From contig JANXZC010000098.1 in assembly GCA_025355725.1 (NCBI GenBank), positions 7,467 through 71,466 of the forward strand: DNA of 64,000 nt. The letters run 5' to 3'. A program made the position numbers and the translations under genes. The stretch comes from Syntrophus sp. (in: bacteria). Its GTDB lineage: Bacteria > Desulfobacterota > Syntrophia > Syntrophales > UBA8958. This document shows, piece by piece, positions 18,125 to 26,881 of the stretch. Position 1 is the stretch's first letter, and each line of letters opens with the position of its first letter. A model generated the notes under the pieces. The model was not told the DNA's origin, did no database searches, and saw only the letters and a program-made list of their open reading frames with translations.

Positions 18125-18709
18125 ATGAAAGATATTGCGAATTTTCTCTTCGAAGTAGGTATGCTGCAAAAGACCCCCCGTTCGGGATATCAGTTTCTCG
18201 GTTCCGGTTGCGAGTCGGTGGCTGAGCACATTCTGAGAACAATTTATATCGGTTACACCCTTTGTCAGCTTGATCGTCAAGCCGATGAACATCGGGTGCT
18301 CAAGATTTGTCTCGTCCATGATCTGCCGGAAGCGAGAACGGGGGACATGAATTACGTCAATAAGAAGTATGTCGCCGTCAACGAGAAAAAGGCTGTTGAG
18401 GAACTGACGGAAACACTTTTTTTTGGCGGCGATATTGCGTCGGCTATTTTTGAATTCAATGAAAAAAAAACCAGGGAGGCGCGTATTGCCCATGACGCCG
18501 ATCAGTTGGCGCTGATCATACAATTGAAAGAATATGGCGATTTGGGGAACAAATACAGTCAGGAATGGATTTCCTTCGCCGTGAAGCGACTCTGTACGGA
18601 GGACGCAAAGAAACTCGCCGAGAGCATTTTGAAGACAGATTCTTCTGCCTGGTGGTTCAAAGACAAAGGAGACTGGTGGATCAATGGCAAAAACAACAAA
18701 GAAGCCTAA
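18125..18709 (+). CDS. HD-domain phosphohydrolase (YfbR-like 5'-nucleotidase family)
   Basis: SVAEH...LVHDLPEARTGD HD motif arrangement; ~190 aa. Confidence 0.85.
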   Translation: MKDIANFLFEVGMLQKTPRSGYQFLGSGCESVAEHILRTIYIGYTLCQLDRQADEHRVLKICLVHDLPEARTGDMNYVNKKYVAVNEKKAVEELTETLFFGGDIASAIFEFNEKKTREARIAHDADQLALIIQLKEYGDLGNKYSQEWISFAVKRLCTEDAKKLAESILKTDSSAWWFKDKGDWWINGKNNKEA

Positions 18710-19508
18710 AGAGACATGGGGATATGATCGCGGTCAGCATGGGACATGGTTTGCGTGTGCGGCTGTTTGTCTCGTACTATGCATGGTTGCGAGCCTCTTG
18801 TCTTGTGCGGGGACGCAAAAGCGAAGGGAGCTTGCGGAAAACCATTTGAATATCGGTAAGGCCTATGTGGAGGGGGGAGATTACAACGCGGCCCTCAAGG
18901 AACTCCTGGAAGCGGAAAAATATACGCCGGAAAACCCCAAGATCCATTATTATCTTGCCGTCGCCTATTTCGGAAAGGGCTACAGCGAAAAAGCTATCGA
19001 TGAATGCGAAACAGCCGTCAGGCTCAAGCCTGATTACTCAAGTGCCTATAACTTTCTCGGAACACTTTATTATAACCGTGGGCAGTATGACAAGGCGATA
19101 ACTGCCTTTAACAGTGCCCTGGCCGATATCCTCTATGAGACACCCGAGATGTCCCTGTACAATATGGGCCGGGCGTATTACAGTAAAGGCGACTACCAGC
19201 GGGCCTTGACAAAGTATCAGGAAGCCGAGCTCAAGGATACCACGCGTGAACTTCTTCCCCTGATCGAGAAGGAAATGGGAAAGGCAAAGTACGCCCAAGC
19301 TGACATCGACGGTGCTATTGGTCATTTCAAAAAATCAACGGAGTTAGTCCCCAATCTTGTTGAATCTTATTTTTGGCTGGGTGAGTGCTATTCCAAGCAG
19401 AAGAGAATGTTGGAAGCGAGACGGGCCTATGAAATGGTTGTCAAGCTTGCCCCCGTCTCAGATATCGGTCTCAAGGCTAAGCAGGCCCTGAAATTGATCA
19501 ATATCTGA
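18684..19508 (+). CDS. TPR-repeat lipoprotein (PilF/PilW-like)
   Basis: Lipobox LLSC, then several TPR units (GDYNAALKEL, AYNFLGTLYYNRGQYDKAI, YFWLGECY). Confidence 0.8.
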   Translation: MAKTTKKPKETWGYDRGQHGTWFACAAVCLVLCMVASLLSCAGTQKRRELAENHLNIGKAYVEGGDYNAALKELLEAEKYTPENPKIHYYLAVAYFGKGYSEKAIDECETAVRLKPDYSSAYNFLGTLYYNRGQYDKAITAFNSALADILYETPEMSLYNMGRAYYSKGDYQRALTKYQEAELKDTTRELLPLIEKEMGKAKYAQADIDGAIGHFKKSTELVPNLVESYFWLGECYSKQKRMLEARRAYEMVVKLAPVSDIGLKAKQALKLINI

Positions 19509-19609
19509 GTTGATGGGCCGTTCTAGTATCATTTTACGCATCCATCTTTCCTTGACAGCAATAGCAAAATGACCTACCCTCACCGATCTTTTTAAAAAGG
19601 GAGATCTAC

Positions 19610-20233
19610 ATGGCCTCAAAGAAGCAGCGCAGGACAGCTACGGTCAAGACCAAGCAGCAAAAGAGAAAGATGAAGAAGTCGGTTCTTTTTCTTGTCATTA
19701 CTGCCTTGGTAGGGTTCTTGGTATTTTTTTTCCTGACCCTGTTTGATTATGTTTATCCACCCGTAGACGGTCAGGGTAAAGTCGCTAAAAAGAAGGACAA
19801 GCAAGAAGTCACAGTTTATTTTTCCGATGCAAATGAGCGTTTCCTTGTCCCGGAAAAAAGGTATGTTTCCAAAGAGGAGAAGCCTTCCGACCAGGCTAGG
19901 GAGCTGGTGAAAGTGCTTTTGGACGGATCGAGGACGGGTTTCGTCAATACCTTCCCAGAAAAGGTGGAGGTGACTAATGTCAAGATCGACGACGGGACAG
20001 CCTATGTAAGTTTCAATAAAAATCTCATGAAAAATCATCCCGGCGGCAGCGCCAGCGAGATGGCGACCATATACTCCCTCACCAATACTCTGACGGCAAA
20101 TATACCCACCATAAAAAAGGTTAAAATAATGGTTGCCGGCAAAGAAATAGAATCCATCAAGGGACATATAGATACCAGGCAGGCCTTTGGCGCCAACAAG
20201 GAATTGATCGTTCAAGCGGTAAAAGAGAAGTAG
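19610..20233 (+). CDS. Membrane-anchored GerMN-domain protein
   Basis: Basic N-terminus plus one TM helix. GerMN-like VTVYFSD...LVPE...LLDG...[10 protein letters not shown]... Confidence 0.75.
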   Translation: MASKKQRRTATVKTKQQKRKMKKSVLFLVITALVGFLVFFFLTLFDYVYPPVDGQGKVAKKKDKQEVTVYFSDANERFLVPEKRYVSKEEKPSDQARELVKVLLDGSRTGFVNTFPEKVEVTNVKIDDGTAYVSFNKNLMKNHPGGSASEMATIYSLTNTLTANIPTIKKVKIMVAGKEIESIKGHIDTRQAFGANKELIVQAVKEK

Positions 20234-20244
20234 GATACAGAGTT

Positions 20245-22278
20245 ATGCCTCCCAAATCCAAGCTGGCCAGAATCAGAAATATCGGCATTGTCGCTCATAT
20301 TGACGCCGGTAAGACGACCGTTACGGAAAGGATCTTATATTATACCGGCAGGTCTCATAAAATGGGCGAGGTGCACGATGGGGAAGCGGTTATGGATTGG
20401 ATGCCTCAGGAGCAGGAGCGGGGAATCACGATCACCTCGGCTGTTACTGCCTGCAATTGGCAAGATCACGATATTCACATCATTGACACTCCCGGTCATG
20501 TAGATTTTACAATTGAAGTCGAAAGATGCCTGCGGGTGCTTGACGGGGCCGTGGTGGTTTTCTGCGCTGTTGGCGGGGTCGAGCCGCAGTCGGAGACGGT
20601 CTGGCATCAAGCGGACAAATATGGCGTCCCCAAAATAGCCTTTATTAATAAAATGGACAGAGTTGGAGCTAATTACTTTGGAACCATCGATATGATGCGC
20701 CGAAGATTCAATTCCACGCCTCTGCCTGTTCAGATACCCCTGGGTGAAGAAGATCAGTTCCAGGGCGCTATTGATTTGATCTGGAACAGGGTCATTACTT
20801 GGGACAATACCTCGCTGGGGGCTGCTTATTCCTTCTCTGACGTACCACAGGATATACAGCCCAAAGTACGTGAGTACAGAGACAAGTTGATAGAAACCAT
20901 TGCCGATCTGGACGATAATATTGCCGAAAAGTATCTGGGGGGCATAGATATAACGGAGGATGAACTAACCGAAGCGATTCGGAAGGCCACCCTTTCCCTG
21001 CAGGTGGTTCCGGTGATGTGCGGGTCTGCCCTGAAAAACAAAGGCATCCAGCCGGTTCTGGATGGGGTAATCTCCTTTTTGCCGTCCCCGGAAGATGTTC
21101 CACCGATCAAAGGGATAAATCCCATTACCAGGATGGAAGAAGAAAGAACCAGCAATCCCCGGGGGCCCCTCGCGGCCCTTATATTCAAAATAATGCAGGA
21201 TGAGGGCAGGAAGCTGTCTTACCTGCGGATCTATTCAGGACAGATAAAGGCCGGGGATGATCTCTACAATGTCTCGAAGGGCAAGAAGGAAAAGGCATCC
21301 CGGATACTGAAGATGCATGCCAACAAACGTGAGAGGCTGGATCAGGCCCAGGCAGGCGATATAATTGCCGTTATGGGTTTAAAAGAAGGCAAGACAGGGG
21401 ATACTATCTGTGATGAGACTCAGCCAATTCTCCTGGAAACTATGGATTTTTATGAATCCGTGATCAGTCAGGCTATCGAGGCCAAAACTCCGGCCGATCA
21501 GGAACGGGTCTCCCTCGCCCTCGTCAAGCTGATGGAAGAAGATCCTACCTTGCGTTTGAAATATGATGATGAGACCGCACAAACTGTATTATCCGGAATG
21601 GGGGAACTCCATCTGGAGATTGTGATCGACCGTCTACAAAGAGAATTCAATGCCCATGTCAACGTGGGCAAGCCCCGGGTGGTTTATCGGGAGACCATTC
21701 AATCGCCTGTGGAGGTGGAAGGGCGTTTCGAGAGGGAGCTCGGGGAGCGAAGACATTTTGGCCATGTCTTGCTGCAATTACGACCCAGGGAACGGGGAAC
21801 GGGGAACGCTTATGTGCTGAACGTAGCTGCGGGGATGATCCCGGAGGAATTTCATGCGGCCATTGCGGAAGGCGTCCAGGAGGCCATCATGAGCGGCGTC
21901 CTTTCCGGCTATCCCGTGGTGGATGTGGAGGTCATTGTCAAGGGCGGGTCCTTCAAAGATGGAGAATCATCTACCCTGGGATATAAAATTGCCGCTTCTA
22001 CCGCCTTCCGGGATGGTTGTTCCCATGGGGACCCACTATTGCTGGAACCGATTATGGTGGTGGATATTATAACGCCCAGTGAATTTATGGGAGATGTTAT
22101 CGGTGACATCAACGCCCGGCGCGGGGAGGTCCAGTCCATAAGCCCAAAGGGGCCCGTCAGTGAAATCCAGGCGAAGGTACCTCTTAAGGCCCTCTTTGGC
22201 TATTCGACGGATCTTCGCTCGGCAACCCAGGGGCGGGCAATCTTCTCCATGCATTTTCTCGTCTATGACAAGGCATAA
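20245..22278 (+). CDS. Elongation factor G paralog (EF-G2-like translational GTPase)
   Basis: G1 [10 protein letters not shown]3 DTPGHVDF, G4 NKMD. All five EF-G domains are apparent over 677 aa. Confidence 0.93.
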   Translation: MPPKSKLARIRNIGIVAHIDAGKTTVTERILYYTGRSHKMGEVHDGEAVMDWMPQEQERGITITSAVTACNWQDHDIHIIDTPGHVDFTIEVERCLRVLDGAVVVFCAVGGVEPQSETVWHQADKYGVPKIAFINKMDRVGANYFGTIDMMRRRFNSTPLPVQIPLGEEDQFQGAIDLIWNRVITWDNTSLGAAYSFSDVPQDIQPKVREYRDKLIETIADLDDNIAEKYLGGIDITEDELTEAIRKATLSLQVVPVMCGSALKNKGIQPVLDGVISFLPSPEDVPPIKGINPITRMEEERTSNPRGPLAALIFKIMQDEGRKLSYLRIYSGQIKAGDDLYNVSKGKKEKASRILKMHANKRERLDQAQAGDIIAVMGLKEGKTGDTICDETQPILLETMDFYESVISQAIEAKTPADQERVSLALVKLMEEDPTLRLKYDDETAQTVLSGMGELHLEIVIDRLQREFNAHVNVGKPRVVYRETIQSPVEVEGRFERELGERRHFGHVLLQLRPRERGTGNAYVLNVAAGMIPEEFHAAIAEGVQEAIMSGVLSGYPVVDVEVIVKGGSFKDGESSTLGYKIAASTAFRDGCSHGDPLLLEPIMVVDIITPSEFMGDVIGDINARRGEVQSISPKGPVSEIQAKVPLKALFGYSTDLRSATQGRAIFSMHFLVYDKA

Positions 22279-22280
22279 CT

Positions 22281-23459
22281 ATGGGTCGGATGAGGTCTAT
22301 TCAGCAATTCATTAAGATCCTCTCCGGTATCTACAGAAAAACCATTGTTCAAGTAGCGGCGATTACCCTGGCGATTCTCTTTATGAGCGCCCTAGCGGTT
22401 CATTATTTCGAAAACGTCGAGTCGGGCTCCAATATCAACACCGTTTGGGATGGTATCTGGTGGGCCATTGTGACCATGGGGACGGTCGGTTATGGAGATA
22501 AGTACCCCGTCACCACGGGTGGGAGAATGGTGGGGATCTTTCTCATTTTCACAGGAGTAGGACTGATGTCGCTAGTTACCGCAACCATTGCGTCGACCTT
22601 TGTAGAAAGAAGAATGAAGGAGGGCAGGGGATTGGAGACCATCAAAGCTAAGGGACATATAATTATCTGCGGATGGAACAAGTATACGGATGATGTCATT
22701 CAGGGCCTTACGACCTATGGCAGCATGAGGGAGAAGGCCATTGTGTTGATCAACCAATTGACCATTGACGAGATCGAGAGCCTTCGTCCGAAATACAGCC
22801 GCTACAACCTGAAATTTCTGCGGGGTGATTACGTACATGAGGAGGTCTTGCTTCGGGCCAATGTTTCTCAGGCCACGTTTGTTCTGATCATGGCGGATCA
22901 GTCAGGCGGGCATCTCCGCGAGCGCAGTGATGAAAGGACCGCTCTAGCTGCCTTGACCGTAAAATCACTTGCTCCTCATGTCAAGACAATCGCCGAACTC
23001 CTGGATGGAGAAAGTCGCCCCCATCTCAAGAGAGCCAATGTGGATGAGATTGTTGTCCGGGGCGAACATGTCGGCTCATTACTGGCCAGTGCCATTAATT
23101 CTCCGGGACTTCCCAGAGTGATATCCAGTATCGTATCACTTGGAGACAAGAACAAGCTCTGGCGGACAAACATTCCGAGCATGTTTGTCAACAAACCATT
23201 TAAAGAATTATCTTCCTATTATCGTGAGAAGGATCATGCTATCCTAATCGGGATCATGAAGGAAAAAAAGGCGATCAAATTAGAGGATATTCTTTCCGAT
23301 AATACCTCGATGATTGATACCTTCATCAGGGAAAAGATCCGTGAATCAAAGAAGGAATTCAAGGATGCCGTCAAGATCAACATTAATCCTGATGATGATT
23401 ATATGATTGCAGCTGACGACCTGGCGGTTGTCCTCTCCAGATCCGTGCCGGAATTATAG
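22281..23459 (+). CDS. Two-TM K+ channel with cytoplasmic RCK/TrkA-N domain
   Basis: Selectivity filter TVGYGD and a Rossmann-like HIIICGWN RCK domain. It starts 2 nt after the EF-G stop. Confidence 0.88.
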   Translation: MGRMRSIQQFIKILSGIYRKTIVQVAAITLAILFMSALAVHYFENVESGSNINTVWDGIWWAIVTMGTVGYGDKYPVTTGGRMVGIFLIFTGVGLMSLVTATIASTFVERRMKEGRGLETIKAKGHIIICGWNKYTDDVIQGLTTYGSMREKAIVLINQLTIDEIESLRPKYSRYNLKFLRGDYVHEEVLLRANVSQATFVLIMADQSGGHLRERSDERTALAALTVKSLAPHVKTIAELLDGESRPHLKRANVDEIVVRGEHVGSLLASAINSPGLPRVISSIVSLGDKNKLWRTNIPSMFVNKPFKELSSYYREKDHAILIGIMKEKKAIKLEDILSDNTSMIDTFIREKIRESKKEFKDAVKININPDDDYMIAADDLAVVLSRSVPEL

Positions 23460-23489
23460 ACCGATTTCTAATTATACAGAGGCGAATCC

Positions 23490-24002
23490 ATGCAGGATGA
23501 AGCGACTTTATTAAAAGAACCGGAAATCTTCAGGGACCTATCAGCTGATCAGATCAGGGAAATAATTAATATTGCCCGTCGTGTATCCTTTCCTGCCGGG
23601 GCCATCATCATGAAAGAAGGCGATATTGGCGATACTATGTATATCATGATGGAGGGAACGGTCGAGGTGGTGAAGAGTCTGATCCTCGGTGATTTCGATG
23701 ATGAACAGGAAACCGCGAATAATAAGGTGTTTACCCGGCTAGACGCCAGCGACCATGCGGTATTTGGAGAGATTGCCCTTCTCGAAGCCCAGAGGCGGAC
23801 AGCGACAATCAAGGCTGTTACGGACTGTACTCTTTACGAAATTCGGAAGGATGATTTCCTGAATCTGGCGGAGAGCGATTGTGCCCTAGGATACAGGATC
23901 CTGCTGAATCTGGCAAGAATTGTAAGTACCCGCCTGAGGAAATCAGATGAGGAAACAGTAAAACTGACGACTGCACTCAGTATCATTTTGAAGGAAGTAT
24001 AA
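23490..24002 (+). CDS. Stand-alone cyclic-nucleotide-binding domain protein
   Basis: FGEIALLEAQRRTATIKAV phosphate-binding-cassette signature; 170 aa. Confidence 0.85.
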   Translation: MQDEATLLKEPEIFRDLSADQIREIINIARRVSFPAGAIIMKEGDIGDTMYIMMEGTVEVVKSLILGDFDDEQETANNKVFTRLDASDHAVFGEIALLEAQRRTATIKAVTDCTLYEIRKDDFLNLAESDCALGYRILLNLARIVSTRLRKSDEETVKLTTALSIILKEV

Positions 24003-24014
24003 TCGTAAAGGCCT

Positions 24015-26177
24015 ATGGCGATAACAGAATTCATGCCCATATTTTCCGTAACCGACGGAATTATAGAACTTTCAGACTGGGTGCCAGGTCCTCTCCTGGA
24101 TAAGGACAAGCTCCTGAAAAGCATTTTCAGGATCAGTAATCTGCTCACTGTTCAGGCCAATCAGGATGAGATACTTGCGAAAATACTCGATGAACTCATT
24201 GACGCCATCGGTTTTGACCGGGGGATTATTCGTCTCTTTGATGAATCACAGCAGTACCTGGTGGCGAAAGTAGTAAAGAATTACACCTCGGAAGAAGCCA
24301 TAATGGCCTTCAAAACACCATTAAACATAAAAGAGCATGAATGCCTGGCCACGAAAGTGGCGCGATCTGGTGAGCTGATCACGATTCGAGACGCCTCGAC
24401 AGATCCCATAATTACCGATATCGACAGGATGCTTACGAAAATTGTTGATCGTGGCTCCATCGTCTGTGCGCCCCTGAAGATCGGAGATCATGTTATCGGT
24501 ATTCTTGCCGCGTGGCGCAGGGAGGAGATACATTTTTTTGCCGAGGAAATAGATCTCTTCCTTAGCTTTTCCAACCAGGTGAGCGTCATCATTCACAATG
24601 CGAGGCTTCTGGAGGTTAATGCCGAGAAAATCCGTCAGTTGATGGCTCTCCAGGAAGCCGTTTCGGGGCTCAATCGGAGTTATTCTCTTGATAATCGCAT
24701 CCTTGAAATTGTATTTAACAGTGCTCTGAAAATTGCCTGCGCCGAGCGCGTCATGGGTTATGTTTGGGATATTGAAAGAAATAGATGTCTTGTTAATGAT
24801 GGCGAGCACATCTTCATTGAAGGCAAGGAGGAATGTGATGAAAAGATCGGCGAGAGCATTATCAAAGAGGCGATTGAAGGCGACACGATTGTTGTGAGGC
24901 AGACTTCCGGTGAAGAAAATAACCGGGTTATGTTTGCGGGATTCCCATCAGAAATTGCCATTCCTTTCCAAATCAAGAATAAATTTGCCGGCGCCCTCTA
25001 CCTTGCAAAGCAAAAGGGCGGCTATACCTCTGATCAGATCAACATTCTTGATGTCCTGGTCAAAAATGCCGCTACTTCTTATGATAACGCCATTATGCAT
25101 TCGCTGCTCTCCCGCGAAGCGGAAAGTTTGAAGACGGAGGTTGAGAAACTCAAGGAACGGGAAGATCAGATCATGGGGTTCCACGATATCCTTGGTAAAT
25201 CACAAAAAATGATTGATATCTTTCATGTCATTGCCGATGTGGCTGGTCATGATACGAATATTATCATCCAGGGCGAAAGCGGAACCGGCAAGGAGCTCAT
25301 TGCCAGAGCCATTCACCGGCATTCGCACCGGAGCCTGAAACCGTTCGTTGACGTCAACTGTGCGGCCATACCCCCCACGCTCCTGGAGAGCGAACTTTTC
25401 GGCTATGAGGCCGGGGCCTTTACCGATGCCAGAAAGAGAAAAATCGGGCTCCTCGAATATTGCAACGGGGGAACAATTTTGCTCGATGAGATAGGGGAAA
25501 TGCCAATCCAGCTTCAGGCAAAATTTCTGCGGATGATTGAGGACGGACATATCCGGCGCTTGGGGGGGAATGAAAATATTCCCAACGACGTTCGCTTTGT
25601 ATTCTCAACCAATCGTGATCTCAGCGATATGGTGGCCAAGGGAACTTTCCGCGAAGACCTGTATTATCGTATCAGTGTCGTTCCTGTCTTGATTCCTCCC
25701 CTGCGGGAACGGGCAGATGATATAATTATGCTGGCCCGTTACTTCGTCCAGGAATTCAACAAGAAATTCAGCAAACGTGTCAAGGGATTCAGCATAGATG
25801 CGGAAGCGATCCTCCAGGCTTATCCATGGCCGGGAAACGTCAGAGAATTAAAAAATATCATCGAGAGAATCATGATTCTAAAGAGTTTGGGAACAGTTAT
25901 CAACCCTGATAATATGCCCTCTGAGTTAAAGTCTCTGGACCAGAAAGGCGTTGATATTAAAATTGAACCGTTTCTTCAGCAGTTACCGTTGGATGGGATC
26001 AATTATGATGTAGTGACAGACAAGATCGTCAAAGATGTCAAATCAAAAATATTGAAAAACGCCCTTATCAAATCGGGTGGAAACAAGTCAGAGGCTGCAA
26101 AACAGTTAGGTATTTCCAGATACAAATTCATCAGGGAACAGAAGAAATTTGATAACCTGAATCAAAAGCTGCCTTGA
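24015..26177 (+). CDS. Sigma-54-dependent transcriptional activator (GAF-GAF-AAA+-Fis HTH)
   Basis: Two GAF-like regions, Walker A GESGTGKE, GAFTGA variant ESELFGYEAGAFTDA, and a C-terminal HTH GGNKSEAAKQLGISRYKF. Confidence 0.92.
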   Translation: MAITEFMPIFSVTDGIIELSDWVPGPLLDKDKLLKSIFRISNLLTVQANQDEILAKILDELIDAIGFDRGIIRLFDESQQYLVAKVVKNYTSEEAIMAFKTPLNIKEHECLATKVARSGELITIRDASTDPIITDIDRMLTKIVDRGSIVCAPLKIGDHVIGILAAWRREEIHFFAEEIDLFLSFSNQVSVIIHNARLLEVNAEKIRQLMALQEAVSGLNRSYSLDNRILEIVFNSALKIACAERVMGYVWDIERNRCLVNDGEHIFIEGKEECDEKIGESIIKEAIEGDTIVVRQTSGEENNRVMFAGFPSEIAIPFQIKNKFAGALYLAKQKGGYTSDQINILDVLVKNAATSYDNAIMHSLLSREAESLKTEVEKLKEREDQIMGFHDILGKSQKMIDIFHVIADVAGHDTNIIIQGESGTGKELIARAIHRHSHRSLKPFVDVNCAAIPPTLLESELFGYEAGAFTDARKRKIGLLEYCNGGTILLDEIGEMPIQLQAKFLRMIEDGHIRRLGGNENIPNDVRFVFSTNRDLSDMVAKGTFREDLYYRISVVPVLIPPLRERADDIIMLARYFVQEFNKKFSKRVKGFSIDAEAILQAYPWPGNVRELKNIIERIMILKSLGTVINPDNMPSELKSLDQKGVDIKIEPFLQQLPLDGINYDVVTDKIVKDVKSKILKNALIKSGGNKSEAAKQLGISRYKFIREQKKFDNLNQKLP

Positions 26178-26188
26178 AGCCGTCCGGT

Positions 26189-26223
26189 GTGCGTATATTG
26201 CACGGACCGTGCGAAATATGCAC
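26189..26223. promoter_or_regulatory. Tandem dyad sites GTGCG-N5-TGCAC (candidate enhancer/UAS)
   Basis: gtgcgtatattgcac (26189-26203) and gtgcgaaatatgcac (26209-26223) are 20 bp centre to centre and lie ~245 bp upstream of the sigma-54 promoter. Confidence 0.4.
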
Positions 26224-26453
26224 ACTGTGCTGAAGGCCGGTAGTAAGTAACTCCCGCTGTTCCATCAATACCAGATGTTCGATACTCGCACGTTAACCTC
26301 CCGAGGCTTTCCGTTCAATCTGAAAATCATCTTGTATAATTTTGGGAAATTCGGGATCAAAATACATTTATGTGGGGTATATAGATATAAAAAGTACTCT
26401 ATAGCATATTACTTATCTTTTTGAACAATTTTCCGAATTTGCATTTCTTGCTA

Positions 26454-26469
26454 TGGCATCGAATTTGCA
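26454..26469 (+). promoter_or_regulatory. Sigma-54 (-24/-12) promoter
   Basis: TGGCAT-cgaat-TTGCA matches TGGCAC-N5-TTGCW at 10 of 11 specified positions, with exact spacing. Confidence 0.6.
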
Positions 26470-26505
26470 TTTCATAATAGCAAAAATGAAGCATAGATTC
26501 CCAAG

Positions 26506-26718
26506 ATGAGCGAGGAGGAGAGAAATAATTCACGGCAGGACTCAGGTGGAAAAGAAGGGGTTGAAGATTTCCGGCTTGACATGCAAAAGGTGCACGATTT
26601 TTTTCTTTCTGTAGATAGCGGCAAAGTTGATCAAAAGTTAACCATGGATGAAACAGGTGATAAAAAAACCCAAGAGGTGATAGAAGACCAAAGCAGTACC
26701 TTCTTTCTACCTGAGTAG
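26506..26718 (+). CDS. Orphan acidic 70-aa ORF downstream of the sigma-54 promoter (coding status uncertain)
   Basis: It is the only ORF between the promoter and convergent ychF. It has no SD, is AT-richer than neighbouring genes, and matches no recognised family. Confidence 0.35.
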   Translation: MSEEERNNSRQDSGGKEGVEDFRLDMQKVHDFFLSVDSGKVDQKLTMDETGDKKTQEVIEDQSSTFFLPE

Positions 26719-26743
26719 TCCTGCGATAAGAGTTTTTTTAATG

Positions 26744-26779
26744 TCGGTGGGTGGTTTTGGTCCCTCCTTTCCACCCGCC
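26744..26779 (+). other. Stem-loop with C-rich loop (uuuuggucccuccuuu)
   Basis: 10-bp stem cggtgggtgg/ccacccgccg with one G-U pair. Its loop shares GTCCCTCCTTT with the terminator hairpin 95 nt downstream. Confidence 0.45.
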
Positions 26780-26838
26780 GACCCCCCTTAGTGGGCGATC
26801 TGAGAGGGAACATTTAGAATCCCTTTCAGTTTATATAC

Positions 26839-26881
26839 AGGCGGATGGTTTAAGTCCCTCCTTTTCCATCCGCCTTTTTTT
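26839..26881 (+). terminator. Intrinsic terminator (loop uuuaagucccuccuuuu), overlapping the ychF stop codon
   Basis: 9-bp stem ggcggatgg/ccatccgcc followed by T8. Confidence 0.7.
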
